64,000 nt of DNA from Candidatus Enterousia sp. (GCA_045592905.1 JAZNVR010000023.1:12986-76985), one strand, 5' to 3'; shown: positions 17,828 through 27,570, numbered from the stretch's first letter. The notes: generated from the letters alone by a model not told the origin. Numbers and translations are program-made.

Positions 17828-19108
17828 TTATTTTTCCCCCTGTACAAATTTTGTTGGATCAAATGGTGTGCCCTTGTATCTGATTTCATAGTGTAAATGT
17901 GGGCCAGTTGAACGACCAGATGAACCCGCCAGGCCGATAACTGTTCCTGGGCGTACCCAATCGCCACGTGATACCTTTATCTGTGACAAATGTGCGTACA
18001 ATGTTGTAAACCCAAGGCCATGATCAATTTCAACAGTTGTGCCATATCCAACACGTTCACCCGCAGATACAACACGACCAGGTGCAACTGCCATTAATTC
18101 TGTGCCAATTTTACCAGCAAAATCAATGCCACGATGTTTCTTTGGTTTGCCAGTGAATGGATCGTTACGTGTGCCATAGTTTGATGTTACACGTGATTTT
18201 ACAGGTTTTCCCAATGGTAAAACATCGTTCAGACGACGCAGACCATTCCATTTTTCTAGTCCGTCTGCCAGTTTCTGATATTTTGCATCCAAATTTTTAT
18301 TAAATTCAATAGGTGTAAATGCAGAACCGACCAATGGGCTGGAATATTTGTTAACACCACGTATAAGTGTTTTTTCATTCAAACCCAATGATGATAATGT
18401 GCTGTTTATTTGTTTAATTTGTTTGTGTAAGGTATCAGAATTTTCCTTGGTTAATGTGCTGACAGTATCTACGATTATATTGTCTGCTTCTGCAATTTGT
18501 AGCATAGATTCAATCATTTGAGTATTGCGTTTTTTCAAGTCTTCGTTTTCAGCACGTGTTAATTCATATTCTGCGGATAATTCAGACATTTTGAAATATT
18601 CTGGTGTGTAATCATCGTCTTTTAACATTTCTGCAATGCGTGTGCGTAAAAATTCCAGTTCGCCCCATGTTTTGCTGCGACTGTTCATTAATGATTCTTT
18701 TTCTTTGTCTGATTTATCCTTGGCGTTTAAAATTTTGTCATCAATTATATTCAAGTCACGTGCCAACGATGTGTATTTTGCCAAATATGTTTGTAAGTCA
18801 GTCATATGGCGTGAATGTGTATCACGTACCTGTTCCAGTTGTTGTGTACGCATTTGTAATAATGGACGATGATATATAAATACATATGTTGACCACGATG
18901 CCCATAAAAATAAACCAACCTTGCCACAAAAGCGTGTAAAACGCCAAAAACTGCTTTGTTCATAAGAATAAACATTGCCATGCGGTGTGTCCATAACGGT
19001 AAATTGACGTGGTGGAAAAAAACGTGCAATCAAACGCCATACAGCACGAAATGGCGATGTAATAAACGCCCAAAGTGATGTAAAATATTTTGCAATAAAG
19101 TTTAACAT
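17828..19108 (-). CDS. bitopic M23 (LytM) peptidase with N-terminal TM and coiled-coil
   Basis: C-terminal HRGIDFAG..GT...A...G.V...........G..V.IDHG.G..T.YAHLS......G..V..G..IG..G.SG.STGPHLHYE. Confidence 0.9.
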   Translation of the reverse strand: MLNFIAKYFTSLWAFITSPFRAVWRLIARFFPPRQFTVMDTPHGNVYSYEQSSFWRFTRFCGKVGLFLWASWSTYVFIYHRPLLQMRTQQLEQVRDTHSRHMTDLQTYLAKYTSLARDLNIIDDKILNAKDKSDKEKESLMNSRSKTWGELEFLRTRIAEMLKDDDYTPEYFKMSELSAEYELTRAENEDLKKRNTQMIESMLQIAEADNIIVDTVSTLTKENSDTLHKQIKQINSTLSSLGLNEKTLIRGVNKYSSPLVGSAFTPIEFNKNLDAKYQKLADGLEKWNGLRRLNDVLPLGKPVKSRVTSNYGTRNDPFTGKPKKHRGIDFAGKIGTELMAVAPGRVVSAGERVGYGTTVEIDHGLGFTTLYAHLSQIKVSRGDWVRPGTVIGLAGSSGRSTGPHLHYEIRYKGTPFDPTKFVQGEK

Positions 19109-19794
19109 GTCCGGGATATTGTAGACAACGCATCTGCAATAGTCAAGCCATCACGCAAAATCGTTTCGCAGTTCATTGAAATACCACGATGTATAATACT
19201 GATTCCATGTGTGCCAAGACGACCAGATATTAATACACGTTCTGCAGTGTCTTTTGTGCCAAATAACGGTAATATATTAATGTTCCCCAATTTTTTTGAC
19301 ATTTCTGCGATTACTTTTGCTGTTGTGGCCGCATCTGTAATTATACAAAATGTGCCCATTGGACGGACACGTGCAATGCAACGTGAAATCCACGTGGGTA
19401 AATCAGCATTATGATGTGCGTTATGGTGTGCAGGTGTGCCATTAAAATATGGTGGGTTTGTAACAACTAAATCAAATGTTCGTGTTGTTTTCCATGTATT
19501 TATATCGGCATTAATTAGTTCTAGTTCTGTGTTATTTAAGGCAGCGTTTTGTGCAACCTGATTCAACATATCGTCTGATATGTCAATGCCTGTAATTTGT
19601 GCCCCAGGATTATGTGCGTGCAGACACAGTGATACCCCGCCAGTGCCAATACCGACGTCTAAGATTGTTTTTGCGGTTGTTGGTGCAAACGCAGCCAGCC
19701 ATACAGCATCTGATGTAGGGTTGTAAAAACTGCGGTGCATTTTTACAAGACCACCCATTAATGTAAAAATATCTTGTTTTGTGCTCATATGCAT
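19102..19794 (-). CDS. class I SAM-dependent methyltransferase with NPPY motif (TrmN6/YfiC-like)
   Basis: LDVGIGTGGVSL (motif I) and FDLVVTNPPYF (motif IV). Confidence 0.75.
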   Translation of the reverse strand: MHMSTKQDIFTLMGGLVKMHRSFYNPTSDAVWLAAFAPTTAKTILDVGIGTGGVSLCLHAHNPGAQITGIDISDDMLNQVAQNAALNNTELELINADINTWKTTRTFDLVVTNPPYFNGTPAHHNAHHNADLPTWISRCIARVRPMGTFCIITDAATTAKVIAEMSKKLGNINILPLFGTKDTAERVLISGRLGTHGISIIHRGISMNCETILRDGLTIADALSTISRTC

Positions 19795-19828
19795 TTATAA
19801 TAAATAATTAAAATCAAAAGGCAAGTTT

Positions 19829-20815
19829 ATGTTAGAAGATCTTACTGTTGTGCAAAGTGCGGTCAGTGCGTTTAATAATGCTGCATTGTGGGCACCTGCG
19901 TTTTTGTGGTGGGCGTTATTAATGTTACCGCTGTTTGCATTTGTTGTGAAATGTGGGGGTGTTTTTGTTAAACATATCGGTTGGAATCGTGAAAATTTAA
20001 TCAATAAAGTTGCGTTTTGGACAGCAGTATTTGTCTTTTTGTGGATGGTCTTGTTTGCTGGAAATTATGGTGTGTTACGGGATAGTTTGTCTGTGTTGCC
20101 GATGTTGAATGCGACAATATTGTTTTTGTCGTCTTTATTTGTTTCTTCGCATTTTGCCACAGAAAAAATACCGCATATCAAATTGCGTGGTGTTTTATTT
20201 GCTGTTTTGTTGGTGGTAATGGTTGGAATGTCTGGTATATATACATGGTGGGGGCCATTGTTGCAGATTGGTGCATTTGTTGCGGGTGTATTATTTGGTC
20301 GTGTTGCAAAATCGCCAATGCGTCCAATCGGGGGCAGTATATTAATTATGCTGACAACTGTATCTGCAATATTAATGCAACCAGAATTTTTTAGATTTGG
20401 ACAGCTGGGTAATCTGACAGTATTTCATTTGTCGGCAATATTACTGTTTGGGGTATTTTCTGTGGCAACAGTTGTTGTGTATAATATTAATCCTGGGGAT
20501 AAAATAAATCACAGTATTTATATAAAGTTAAAATGGCTGTGTCGTGTATTCTGTATGCTGGGCAGTGCGTTGTTCTTGTTGACCGAAGCGGTACCTGTAT
20601 TTCTTGGAACATTAGTCGTTTTTGGGTTGATGTTCATGTTATCTGTGTTTCACGTTGAACATATTACAGATAATTTACAAGAAAAGTTGTTTGCTTTGTC
20701 TTTGATGTGTTTTGGTGTTATAACTGTGATGCCTGTTATTACAGCAATGGGATTGCTGTTATGGATTGATAACCCTAAGAATAAGTTTTGGTCTGAATTC
20801 AAGGCGTTGTTATAA
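19829..20815 (+). CDS. polytopic inner-membrane protein, unknown function
   Basis: 328 aa with about 9 hydrophobic helices. No recognisable family. Confidence 0.7.
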   Translation: MLEDLTVVQSAVSAFNNAALWAPAFLWWALLMLPLFAFVVKCGGVFVKHIGWNRENLINKVAFWTAVFVFLWMVLFAGNYGVLRDSLSVLPMLNATILFLSSLFVSSHFATEKIPHIKLRGVLFAVLLVVMVGMSGIYTWWGPLLQIGAFVAGVLFGRVAKSPMRPIGGSILIMLTTVSAILMQPEFFRFGQLGNLTVFHLSAILLFGVFSVATVVVYNINPGDKINHSIYIKLKWLCRVFCMLGSALFLLTEAVPVFLGTLVVFGLMFMLSVFHVEHITDNLQEKLFALSLMCFGVITVMPVITAMGLLLWIDNPKNKFWSEFKALL

Positions 20816-20898
20816 TTTGTTATATTATTTTAATACCAATTATCGCCTGAATAATATACTATGCGTATAGTTAATATTAAAGAAAGGCGATACATATT

Positions 20899-21696
20899 AT
20901 GTTTATACATCCAACGGCGATTGTTCACGAAGGGGCACAGATTGGTGCAGATTGTAAAATTGGCCCATATTGTATTATTGGGTCAAATGTTGTTCTGGGG
21001 GAACGTGTTGAACTGGTTTCGCATGTTGTTATTGATGGTAAAACATCAATCGGTGATGATTCAATTGTCTATCCATTTGCGGTACTGGGCGTTATGAGTC
21101 AGGACTTAAAATGGCAAGACGAAGCATCAATGACAGGGTTACGCATTGGCAAAAGATGCAGAATTCGTGAATATGTAACAATTCATTCTGGAACACCTGC
21201 TTCGGATGGGACTGTTATTGGTGATGACTGTCAGATAATGGTTAATGCACACGTTGGTCATGACTGTAAAATTGGAAACAGTGTTGTTATGTCTAATTTG
21301 GTCCAAGTTGCAGGTCATGTAGAAGTTGAAGATTTTGCAATATTGTCTGGTGGTGTAATGGTGTTGCAGTTTGCACGTATTGGGCGTAATGCATTTGTTG
21401 GTGGTATGTCTGGGGTTGGTAATGATGTATTGCCATATGCTATTTATGATGGTGCACGTGCTGTGTATCGTACAATTAATCGTGTTGGTTTAATGCGTCA
21501 TGGGTTCACAAACGAAGATATGCATGCAATTCATGCTGTGTACGCTGCGGTATTTCGTGCAGAAGATGGAACTGTTGCAGAACGCTTGGCCAAGGTTCGT
21601 AAAGAAGTAAAGAATAATAAATACGCAATGGATGCGATTGATTTCATTGAAAACCGTTCAAAACGTGGAATTGGTACATCAAAAAATGCAGAATAA
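20899..21696 (+). CDS. lpxA: acyl-ACP--UDP-N-acetylglucosamine O-acyltransferase
   Basis: MFIHPTAIVHEGAQIGADCKIGPYCIIG hexapeptide repeats, plus an LpxA C-terminal helical domain. Confidence 0.9.
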   Translation: MFIHPTAIVHEGAQIGADCKIGPYCIIGSNVVLGERVELVSHVVIDGKTSIGDDSIVYPFAVLGVMSQDLKWQDEASMTGLRIGKRCRIREYVTIHSGTPASDGTVIGDDCQIMVNAHVGHDCKIGNSVVMSNLVQVAGHVEVEDFAILSGGVMVLQFARIGRNAFVGGMSGVGNDVLPYAIYDGARAVYRTINRVGLMRHGFTNEDMHAIHAVYAAVFRAEDGTVAERLAKVRKEVKNNKYAMDAIDFIENRSKRGIGTSKNAE

Positions 21697-22819
21697 ACAT
21701 AAACGTATTTTTATAATTGCAGGTGAAGTTTCTGGCGATGTTTTGGGTGGCCGTATTATGTCAGAAATTCCGGATGCTGAATTTGTTGGCATCGGTGGTG
21801 AAAATATGCAGGCTGCGGGATTAAAATCATTGTTCCCAATGTCTGATTTGTCGGTGATGGGAATTGTAGAGGTGTTAGCACACGCCAAAACATTAACACG
21901 CAGAATTAAACAAACTGTTGCTGCAATACTGGAATATAAACCAGACTTGGTTGTAACGATTGATTCACCTGGATTTGCAAAGTCTGTAATTAAACAAGTT
22001 CGTAAGCATACTGGCGGTAAAAGTTTAATTGCAAATGGGTTGCGTTTTCACCATGTTGTTGCACCCCAAGTGTGGGCATGGCGTTCTGGACGTGCAAAAA
22101 AATACGCCAGGTTGTTTGATAAATTATATGCATTTTTTGATTTTGAAATACCATATTTTACGAAGTATGGCTTGGATACAGTGGCTGTTGGACACCCAAT
22201 TGCAGATAAATTAATTGGTAAGTTTAACAATGCAAAAAAAACAGATGAAAAAGTAATTGCCCTAATTCCTGGCAGCAGAATGAGCGAGGTTAAACGTCTG
22301 ATGCCGTTGATGCGTGATATTGCCGATCAAATGGTACGAAATGGTTACCAGGGGTATAAGTTTATAATACCAACAGTTGAAACAACAGTTGGGTATGTTT
22401 CAGAAGAAATAAAAAAATGGCCAATTCGTCCTGTGTTGGTGCCATCTGAAAAACGATATGATGTATATTCCAAGGCATATATTGCGATTGCAGCCAGTGG
22501 AACTGTATCTGCTGAATTGGCAATGTTGCACGTCCCGACAGTTGTTGTGTATAAAATGAATCCAATAACAATGTGGATTGGGCGGCATTTAATTCATGTT
22601 AAATGGGTGTCATTGGTAAACATATTATTAAATTGTTGTGTTTATCCAGAATGTTTGGGTGCAGACGCAAATGTTAATTGTGTGTTGGATGCTGTACAGA
22701 AATTAACAATACCATCCGTACGAAAAAATATGATTGCAGATTTGCAAAGTGCCGATAGTTTATGGAAAAAATCAGGCAAAGGTGCCGCAGCGTTAATTGC
22801 AAAAAACATATTAAATTAG
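21686..22819 (+). CDS. lpxB: lipid-A-disaccharide synthase
   Basis: RIFIIAGEVSGDVLGGRIM..., IDSPGF, ALIPGSR are the LpxB pattern. The ATG at 21686 overlaps the lpxA end. Confidence 0.9.
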   Translation: MQNKHKRIFIIAGEVSGDVLGGRIMSEIPDAEFVGIGGENMQAAGLKSLFPMSDLSVMGIVEVLAHAKTLTRRIKQTVAAILEYKPDLVVTIDSPGFAKSVIKQVRKHTGGKSLIANGLRFHHVVAPQVWAWRSGRAKKYARLFDKLYAFFDFEIPYFTKYGLDTVAVGHPIADKLIGKFNNAKKTDEKVIALIPGSRMSEVKRLMPLMRDIADQMVRNGYQGYKFIIPTVETTVGYVSEEIKKWPIRPVLVPSEKRYDVYSKAYIAIAASGTVSAELAMLHVPTVVVYKMNPITMWIGRHLIHVKWVSLVNILLNCCVYPECLGADANVNCVLDAVQKLTIPSVRKNMIADLQSADSLWKKSGKGAAALIAKNILN

Positions 22820-22883
22820 TAATATATTTTTATGGAATTAATTTTTTGTTTGTGATATTATTACACTATCAAAGGAGAAAAGA

Positions 22884-23150
22884 ATGCGTATGTTTTTAGT
22901 CGGATTAATGTGTGTATTATTTTCTGGGGCTGGTTTTGCACAGATGCAAAGTGTGAAAGTTCCAACAAAATCATTTGCTGAAAATGCTGATAATTTAACA
23001 TCTGGTACGGTTAATGTTGAACGTTTGCCTGTTGGCGAAGGTTCTGGTAAGGTTGCCGCTGGTGATGACAAACGTTTTAACACTGTATCGTTGGGTCGTC
23101 CTGATGATGCAACGGTTGTTGAAGGTCGTGCATTAATGTGGATTGAATAG
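22884..23150 (+). CDS. small secreted hypothetical protein
   Basis: Strong RBS AAAGGAGAAAAGA-ATG and signal peptide ...SGAGFAQ. 88 aa, followed by a terminator. Confidence 0.7.
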   Translation: MRMFLVGLMCVLFSGAGFAQMQSVKVPTKSFAENADNLTSGTVNVERLPVGEGSGKVAAGDDKRFNTVSLGRPDDATVVEGRALMWIE

Positions 23151-23172
23151 TTTGGTTTTTATTACAGATAAT

Positions 23173-23199
23173 AAAAAACACCCGCTGGGTGTTTTTTTT
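23173..23199. terminator. bidirectional intrinsic terminator
   Basis: AAAAAACACCCGCTGGGTGTTTTTTTT lies between convergent genes. Confidence 0.8.
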
Positions 23200-23208
23200 G
23201 TTGCTTTT

Positions 23209-23526
23209 TTATCTTAATCCTTTGTCACGACAACATGCAGAAGCGGCAGATTGCCAACTGGAATATTCTTTGGATGGGTTCCTTAGGTCACGCCATGGTT
23301 GCCATCCGCTGCAACGTTTGGTTGTGCCAACATTTGTACATTTGGCATAGCGACGTAAAGAACATGTTTGGTTTGAAACCTTGCCAGTATCGGTTGTGCA
23401 TTTAATAACAATATTTTGATTTTTTGCATCGTTTTTCCCCAGTTCTTTGGATGATAAAACCTGATACGCATTTGCAGAACATATTGTCATAAGAACCAGT
23501 ATAGAAGATAGTAATATTTTTTTCAT
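23209..23526 (-). CDS. small secreted Cys-rich hypothetical protein
   Basis: Signal peptide MKKILLSSILVLMTICSANA. The 105-aa protein has 8 Cys in the mature part. Confidence 0.7.
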   Translation of the reverse strand: MKKILLSSILVLMTICSANAYQVLSSKELGKNDAKNQNIVIKCTTDTGKVSNQTCSLRRYAKCTNVGTTKRCSGWQPWRDLRNPSKEYSSWQSAASACCRDKGLR

Positions 23527-23602
23527 AACTTATACCCCCATGCTCTTTGTATTTTACATTTATATTATAAGTAATTTTTTATATAAATACAATGGGAATA
23601 TA

Positions 23603-25564
23603 TTAATTTGTTGTCCATGGTATATCGTTCATAATCAGATAATACAGTTGTGCATTATCGCTGTCTGGATTGCGGATAATTGGGCGTACAACGAAAATAT
23701 CAACGTTGCATGGGCTGTTTGTGTCATTTTGTATTTCTGTTAAATCTTCGTGGAATTTTGCGGCAAAGTCCATTGCTTGCAGATATGCGGCATCGTCGTC
23801 TTCGGGATTGGTTGAATCGCCCTGCCACATTAGCCACATTCCGTAATTTACGACATTTTCTTGACCTGTGATATCGTCTGCAGATAACAGCAGCAGTGGC
23901 TTGAATTCAATATCATTTGTAAATTCACCGGTACTGGTTTCTGTAAAATCGTACATATCGCCTGCAAATTTCAAGGCACCGTATATAAATCCTGTTGATG
24001 CCCCTACTTTGGCAAGTTTCCCGATATTGCTCATCGTTGAATGAAATAACCAATCTTTGACACGTGTTGAAATTTTGCTGGCCCGCCCCAGTTTTGCACC
24101 CTTGACAATCAGTTCGTTCCCAGTAAATGCCGCCTTGCCGGCTTTTATCGCCTTGACCCCACGTGTAATAACATTGCCCGTTTTTGCCATACGTGTTAAT
24201 GCATGACGTGAAGCATTTAATGTTTTGTATGCATCTGCAGTTTCTTTATATTTTTTTACATCATCTGTGTTTTCTAGTGTTTTTAATGAATCTTTTAGTT
24301 TATCAAGTTCGGCAGTTTTTTCTGCGATTTTTGCAGCATCTGTCAGTGTGTTAATTTCATCGGTCAGTCTGGTTATTTGGGCGGTTGTTTGTATATAATT
24401 TTGTACAGATGTACGCTGGCGTAAATTTTTCAATGTGCCAGCCATTTCTTTTAATTGCAGTTTTGTACGTGCTTTTCTGGATGGATCTAGCAGTTGATGG
24501 CGGTATTTATTCAAGTCTGCAAATGTTTCTGATGTTTCTTTGTATTTTTTTACATCGTCTGCTTTTTCCATTGTTTTAATAGAATCTTTTAATTTATCAA
24601 GTTCGGCTGTTTTTTCTGCGATTTTTGCAGCATCTGTCAGTGCGTTGATTTCGTCTGCTAATTTATTTGCACGTGCAGTTGCTTTTATATAATCTTGGAC
24701 AGAATCTAGTTTACGCAGTTGTTTCAGAACGTCTGCCATCCCGTTTAATGCACGCAATGCACGTGTGCCTTTGGTCGCACCAGAAATAACAGTCCATCCG
24801 CCAGATGTAGCAACAGTTATCACAACGTCAAGTGCGATTTCTGTATATCCAATCCATTCCAGATTTGCGTCACCAGCAACATAATAGTCATTTGAATCGT
24901 CTTCTGCACCAACAGTTTGTGTAACGGCACGATTAAGTGCCTTGGTATCACGTGCCAATGCGTGCTTTGTGGTGCAATTTACGCCATGTGGAAATAATTG
25001 GTTTATGTTATCATTTATATATTGGATTGAAACAGTATTGTTTTTGTCTGGGCCAACAAAGTTATCCAGTGTTCCAGATTCAACCACCATAATCGCATAC
25101 CATGCAGGATTTGTATTTGTCCAAATCGCATCGTCATTTATGTCCCCAACACGTGGATTGGGATCAGCGGTTGGTAAATTACGCTTATTAGACAGTGTTA
25201 ATCGTTGTTTCAATACAATTGGCTGTGTTTCGTAATTTACTGTGATTGTACGTCCTATTGGAAAAGTGTACTGAATCGGTGAAAAGCGGATTGTTTCTGT
25301 GTCGGTTACAGATGTGATTTCTGGACATTTTAATACGTTTGATAATGTATTTGTGTCGGAAAATATTGAATAAATCCATTGTTGAATTATCTCTTCATCT
25401 GCTGTTTCATCAACTGTGGTGGCTGTTTTTGCCATTTGATTTGCGAAAATTTGTGATGCACATGGTGTTGTTGCATCTAATAAATTACTTGCATTTGATG
25501 TGTCGTCTGCCCATAAATAACAAGGCAGAAAAATTAGTGATAAAATGTAAAATAGTTTTTCCAT
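23603..25564 (-). CDS. large secreted hypothetical protein with an internal 98-aa tandem repeat
   Basis: Signal peptide ...CYLWA/DD. It is a 653-aa protein. Residues ~265-362 and ~363-457 are a helical tandem duplication. Confidence 0.75.
   Translation of the reverse strand: MEKLFYILSLIFLPCYLWADDTSNASNLLDATTPCASQIFANQMAKTATTVDETADEEIIQQWIYSIFSDTNTLSNVLKCPEITSVTDTETIRFSPIQYTFPIGRTITVNYETQPIVLKQRLTLSNKRNLPTADPNPRVGDINDDAIWTNTNPAWYAIMVVESGTLDNFVGPDKNNTVSIQYINDNINQLFPHGVNCTTKHALARDTKALNRAVTQTVGAEDDSNDYYVAGDANLEWIGYTEIALDVVITVATSGGWTVISGATKGTRALRALNGMADVLKQLRKLDSVQDYIKATARANKLADEINALTDAAKIAEKTAELDKLKDSIKTMEKADDVKKYKETSETFADLNKYRHQLLDPSRKARTKLQLKEMAGTLKNLRQRTSVQNYIQTTAQITRLTDEINTLTDAAKIAEKTAELDKLKDSLKTLENTDDVKKYKETADAYKTLNASRHALTRMAKTGNVITRGVKAIKAGKAAFTGNELIVKGAKLGRASKISTRVKDWLFHSTMSNIGKLAKVGASTGFIYGALKFAGDMYDFTETSTGEFTNDIEFKPLLLLSADDITGQENVVNYGMWLMWQGDSTNPEDDDAAYLQAMDFAAKFHEDLTEIQNDTNSPCNVDIFVVRPIIRNPDSDNAQLYYLIMNDIPWTTN
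24194..24772. repeat. intragenic 294-bp tandem duplication
   Basis: The ~60-bp core TTATCAAGTTCGGC.GTTTTTTCTGCGATTTTTGCAGCATCTGTCAGTG.GTT.ATTTC occurs at 24300 and 24594 (period 294 = 98 codons) and is nearly identical. Confidence 0.85.
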
Positions 25565-25573
25565 TATATCGTA

Positions 25574-27004
25574 TTAATCAATGTTATATGGACCACTAAT
25601 AATTTTATTGATATTAAACTGGCGTGTATTTGGTATTTGTGTAACTTTGACTGTGTATATATCCAAGCCAGAGCAATTACTGTTCTTTAATATCTTTATT
25701 AACCATAAAGCTAATTTATGTATATCGTTTTCTGTTTGTTGGCGTACAGGATAAGGAAATCCGGGCCTGTCAGACATCAAAAGCCCAACAGGAGAAGATG
25801 TAGATAAAAAATAATCTGTAGTATCATCGAAACTAAGTGGGCTTTTGTGTAATAAGCTGTTTATATCTGTGCTATCGTCATAATACATATAATATGATTG
25901 GTCGGCACACTTTTTGTGCCAAAATACCTTGTTATTATGTTCGTCTGTTTCGTATATTTTGTTTTCTGCGGATTGTATAGATTCTCGTGGACTGAATAAT
26001 ATGGCAAATTCTCCTTTTTGATCATTGTCTTTACTGTGCTCCGGTTTATAACCTTCTGGTAATTCTACTTCATTGTTTTCGGGTTTTTCGGGGTCTGTTG
26101 TTGTTGTGGGTGTGTTTTGTTCTGGTGTAGTCGACTGTGTCGGCTGAGTTGGTTGAGATGGTTGCGTTGATATAGTTTGCGTCGTCGTCTGAGACGATTG
26201 TTGTTGTGAATTTGTGTTTAGTGTTTGAGTGGGTGGATTTTTTAGATTTTCAATATCTTTCTGACGTATAACATATTCTTTTTCGGTTTCAATTTTTAAT
26301 GTGGTATATGCACTGGTATCTTTGAATGGTTCGTATCCTGCCTGTGCGTTTTCCATACGTTCAGAAAAAGATATGTCGGCGTATGTTGTTGGAAACGCAT
26401 TTGCATATATACCATAATCATTTGTGCCGTTTTGAGATTGTAAATCTTGTAGTTCTTGTTTGCGTTCTTGCATTTCTGTTGCCCATTCTGGTTTTTCATG
26501 GACCAGTGGGTTTTTTATTTCAATTTGGCTGTTGACCCCAATATTATGATTTGGCGTTGTTGCGGTTGGAAAACTGGTCGCAATACCACGTGGGGCAGCG
26601 TTTGCATATTGCGAAATATATTCATTAAAGATGCCATCTAAATACCCAGAGCATGCAGTTGCATAATTGCCACCAGACATGCGTGATAATTGTAACATAA
26701 TTGTTGGTCTGATATCAGATAAATGTGTGTCAATACAGTTGTTCATGTTCATACACTGAACGGTTACCAAACTGCGTACAATACGTTGGCATTCATCTGT
26801 TGTAATATCTGGGCCAGTTGCGTATACCGGTTGGGGCATGCGTTGATTATATGGCGAATCGGGATTCCAAAATGGATTGCTGGAATAGTTCTGGACATTT
26901 TGAATAATCCCATATTTAGAAAATGGCGTTGACGCATGTGCCGTAACACAGTATGTCGTTACGCATGTAAAAAAATACAGAAATTTCTTGAAAAACATCC
27001 TCAT
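25574..27004 (-). CDS. secreted hypothetical protein with Q/T/P-rich linker
   Basis: Signal peptide ...VTAHA/S and a low-complexity linker PTQTLNTNSQQQSSQTTTQTISTQPSQPTQPTQSTTPEQNTPTTTT. It lies 9 nt from the downstream gene. Confidence 0.75.
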   Translation of the reverse strand: MRMFFKKFLYFFTCVTTYCVTAHASTPFSKYGIIQNVQNYSSNPFWNPDSPYNQRMPQPVYATGPDITTDECQRIVRSLVTVQCMNMNNCIDTHLSDIRPTIMLQLSRMSGGNYATACSGYLDGIFNEYISQYANAAPRGIATSFPTATTPNHNIGVNSQIEIKNPLVHEKPEWATEMQERKQELQDLQSQNGTNDYGIYANAFPTTYADISFSERMENAQAGYEPFKDTSAYTTLKIETEKEYVIRQKDIENLKNPPTQTLNTNSQQQSSQTTTQTISTQPSQPTQPTQSTTPEQNTPTTTTDPEKPENNEVELPEGYKPEHSKDNDQKGEFAILFSPRESIQSAENKIYETDEHNNKVFWHKKCADQSYYMYYDDSTDINSLLHKSPLSFDDTTDYFLSTSSPVGLLMSDRPGFPYPVRQQTENDIHKLALWLIKILKNSNCSGLDIYTVKVTQIPNTRQFNINKIISGPYNID

Positions 27005-27026
27005 TCCAATTCCCTGTTCAGACTGA

Positions 27027-27497
27027 TTATATCAAAAATAGATTTATAATAAAAGATAAAAATCCCCCAAAAATAAAGAATGGTGCAAATGGTATAAATC
27101 GTTGCCGGTGTAAATGTGCCCAAATATATCCTGATATGCATGCGAATATTAACGAAATTGCCAATCCGTTCGTGCCCAACCATAATCCGCCAACCCCCAG
27201 TAACTTTATATCACCCATACCAATTGGAGGCGTGTTCTTGGTGTCTTGGTTTCGCAAGAAATATTCAAATACAATACCAACTGTGGCACCAAGTATATAT
27301 CCAAATGTGGCACCCAATGTGGCATTCTGAATACTGATTGGGAAAGAATAAAATGATATCAGTATTAAACCTGTTAATAACAGTGGAAACAGATATGCGT
27401 CTGGAATAATTCTGCGACGAAAATCCGCAATTGAAATTTTTAGGGCAAAAAATCCTGAAAAAGCCAGCAAAATAATGAAAAATATGTCAGAAATCAT
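27027..27497 (-). CDS. A24-family prepilin peptidase, short CpaA-like form
   Basis: Both catalytic Asp motifs are present: ISIADFRRRIIPD and GMGDIKLLG. 156 aa, polytopic. Confidence 0.8.
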   Translation of the reverse strand: MISDIFFIILLAFSGFFALKISIADFRRRIIPDAYLFPLLLTGLILISFYSFPISIQNATLGATFGYILGATVGIVFEYFLRNQDTKNTPPIGMGDIKLLGVGGLWLGTNGLAISLIFACISGYIWAHLHRQRFIPFAPFFIFGGFLSFIINLFLI

Positions 27498-27570
27498 GTT
27501 TTTCTCCCTTGCGTTTCGATTCGGAATTATGTTACAATACTATTATAATTTATAACAGGGGTTTTGTAAA

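Noticed and set aside
23603-27497. Tad/Flp pilus locus, because of the CpaA-like peptidase
   Set aside because: No pilin with a class III leader, no secretin and no ATPase or platform genes are present. The neighbouring proteins have ordinary Sec signals.
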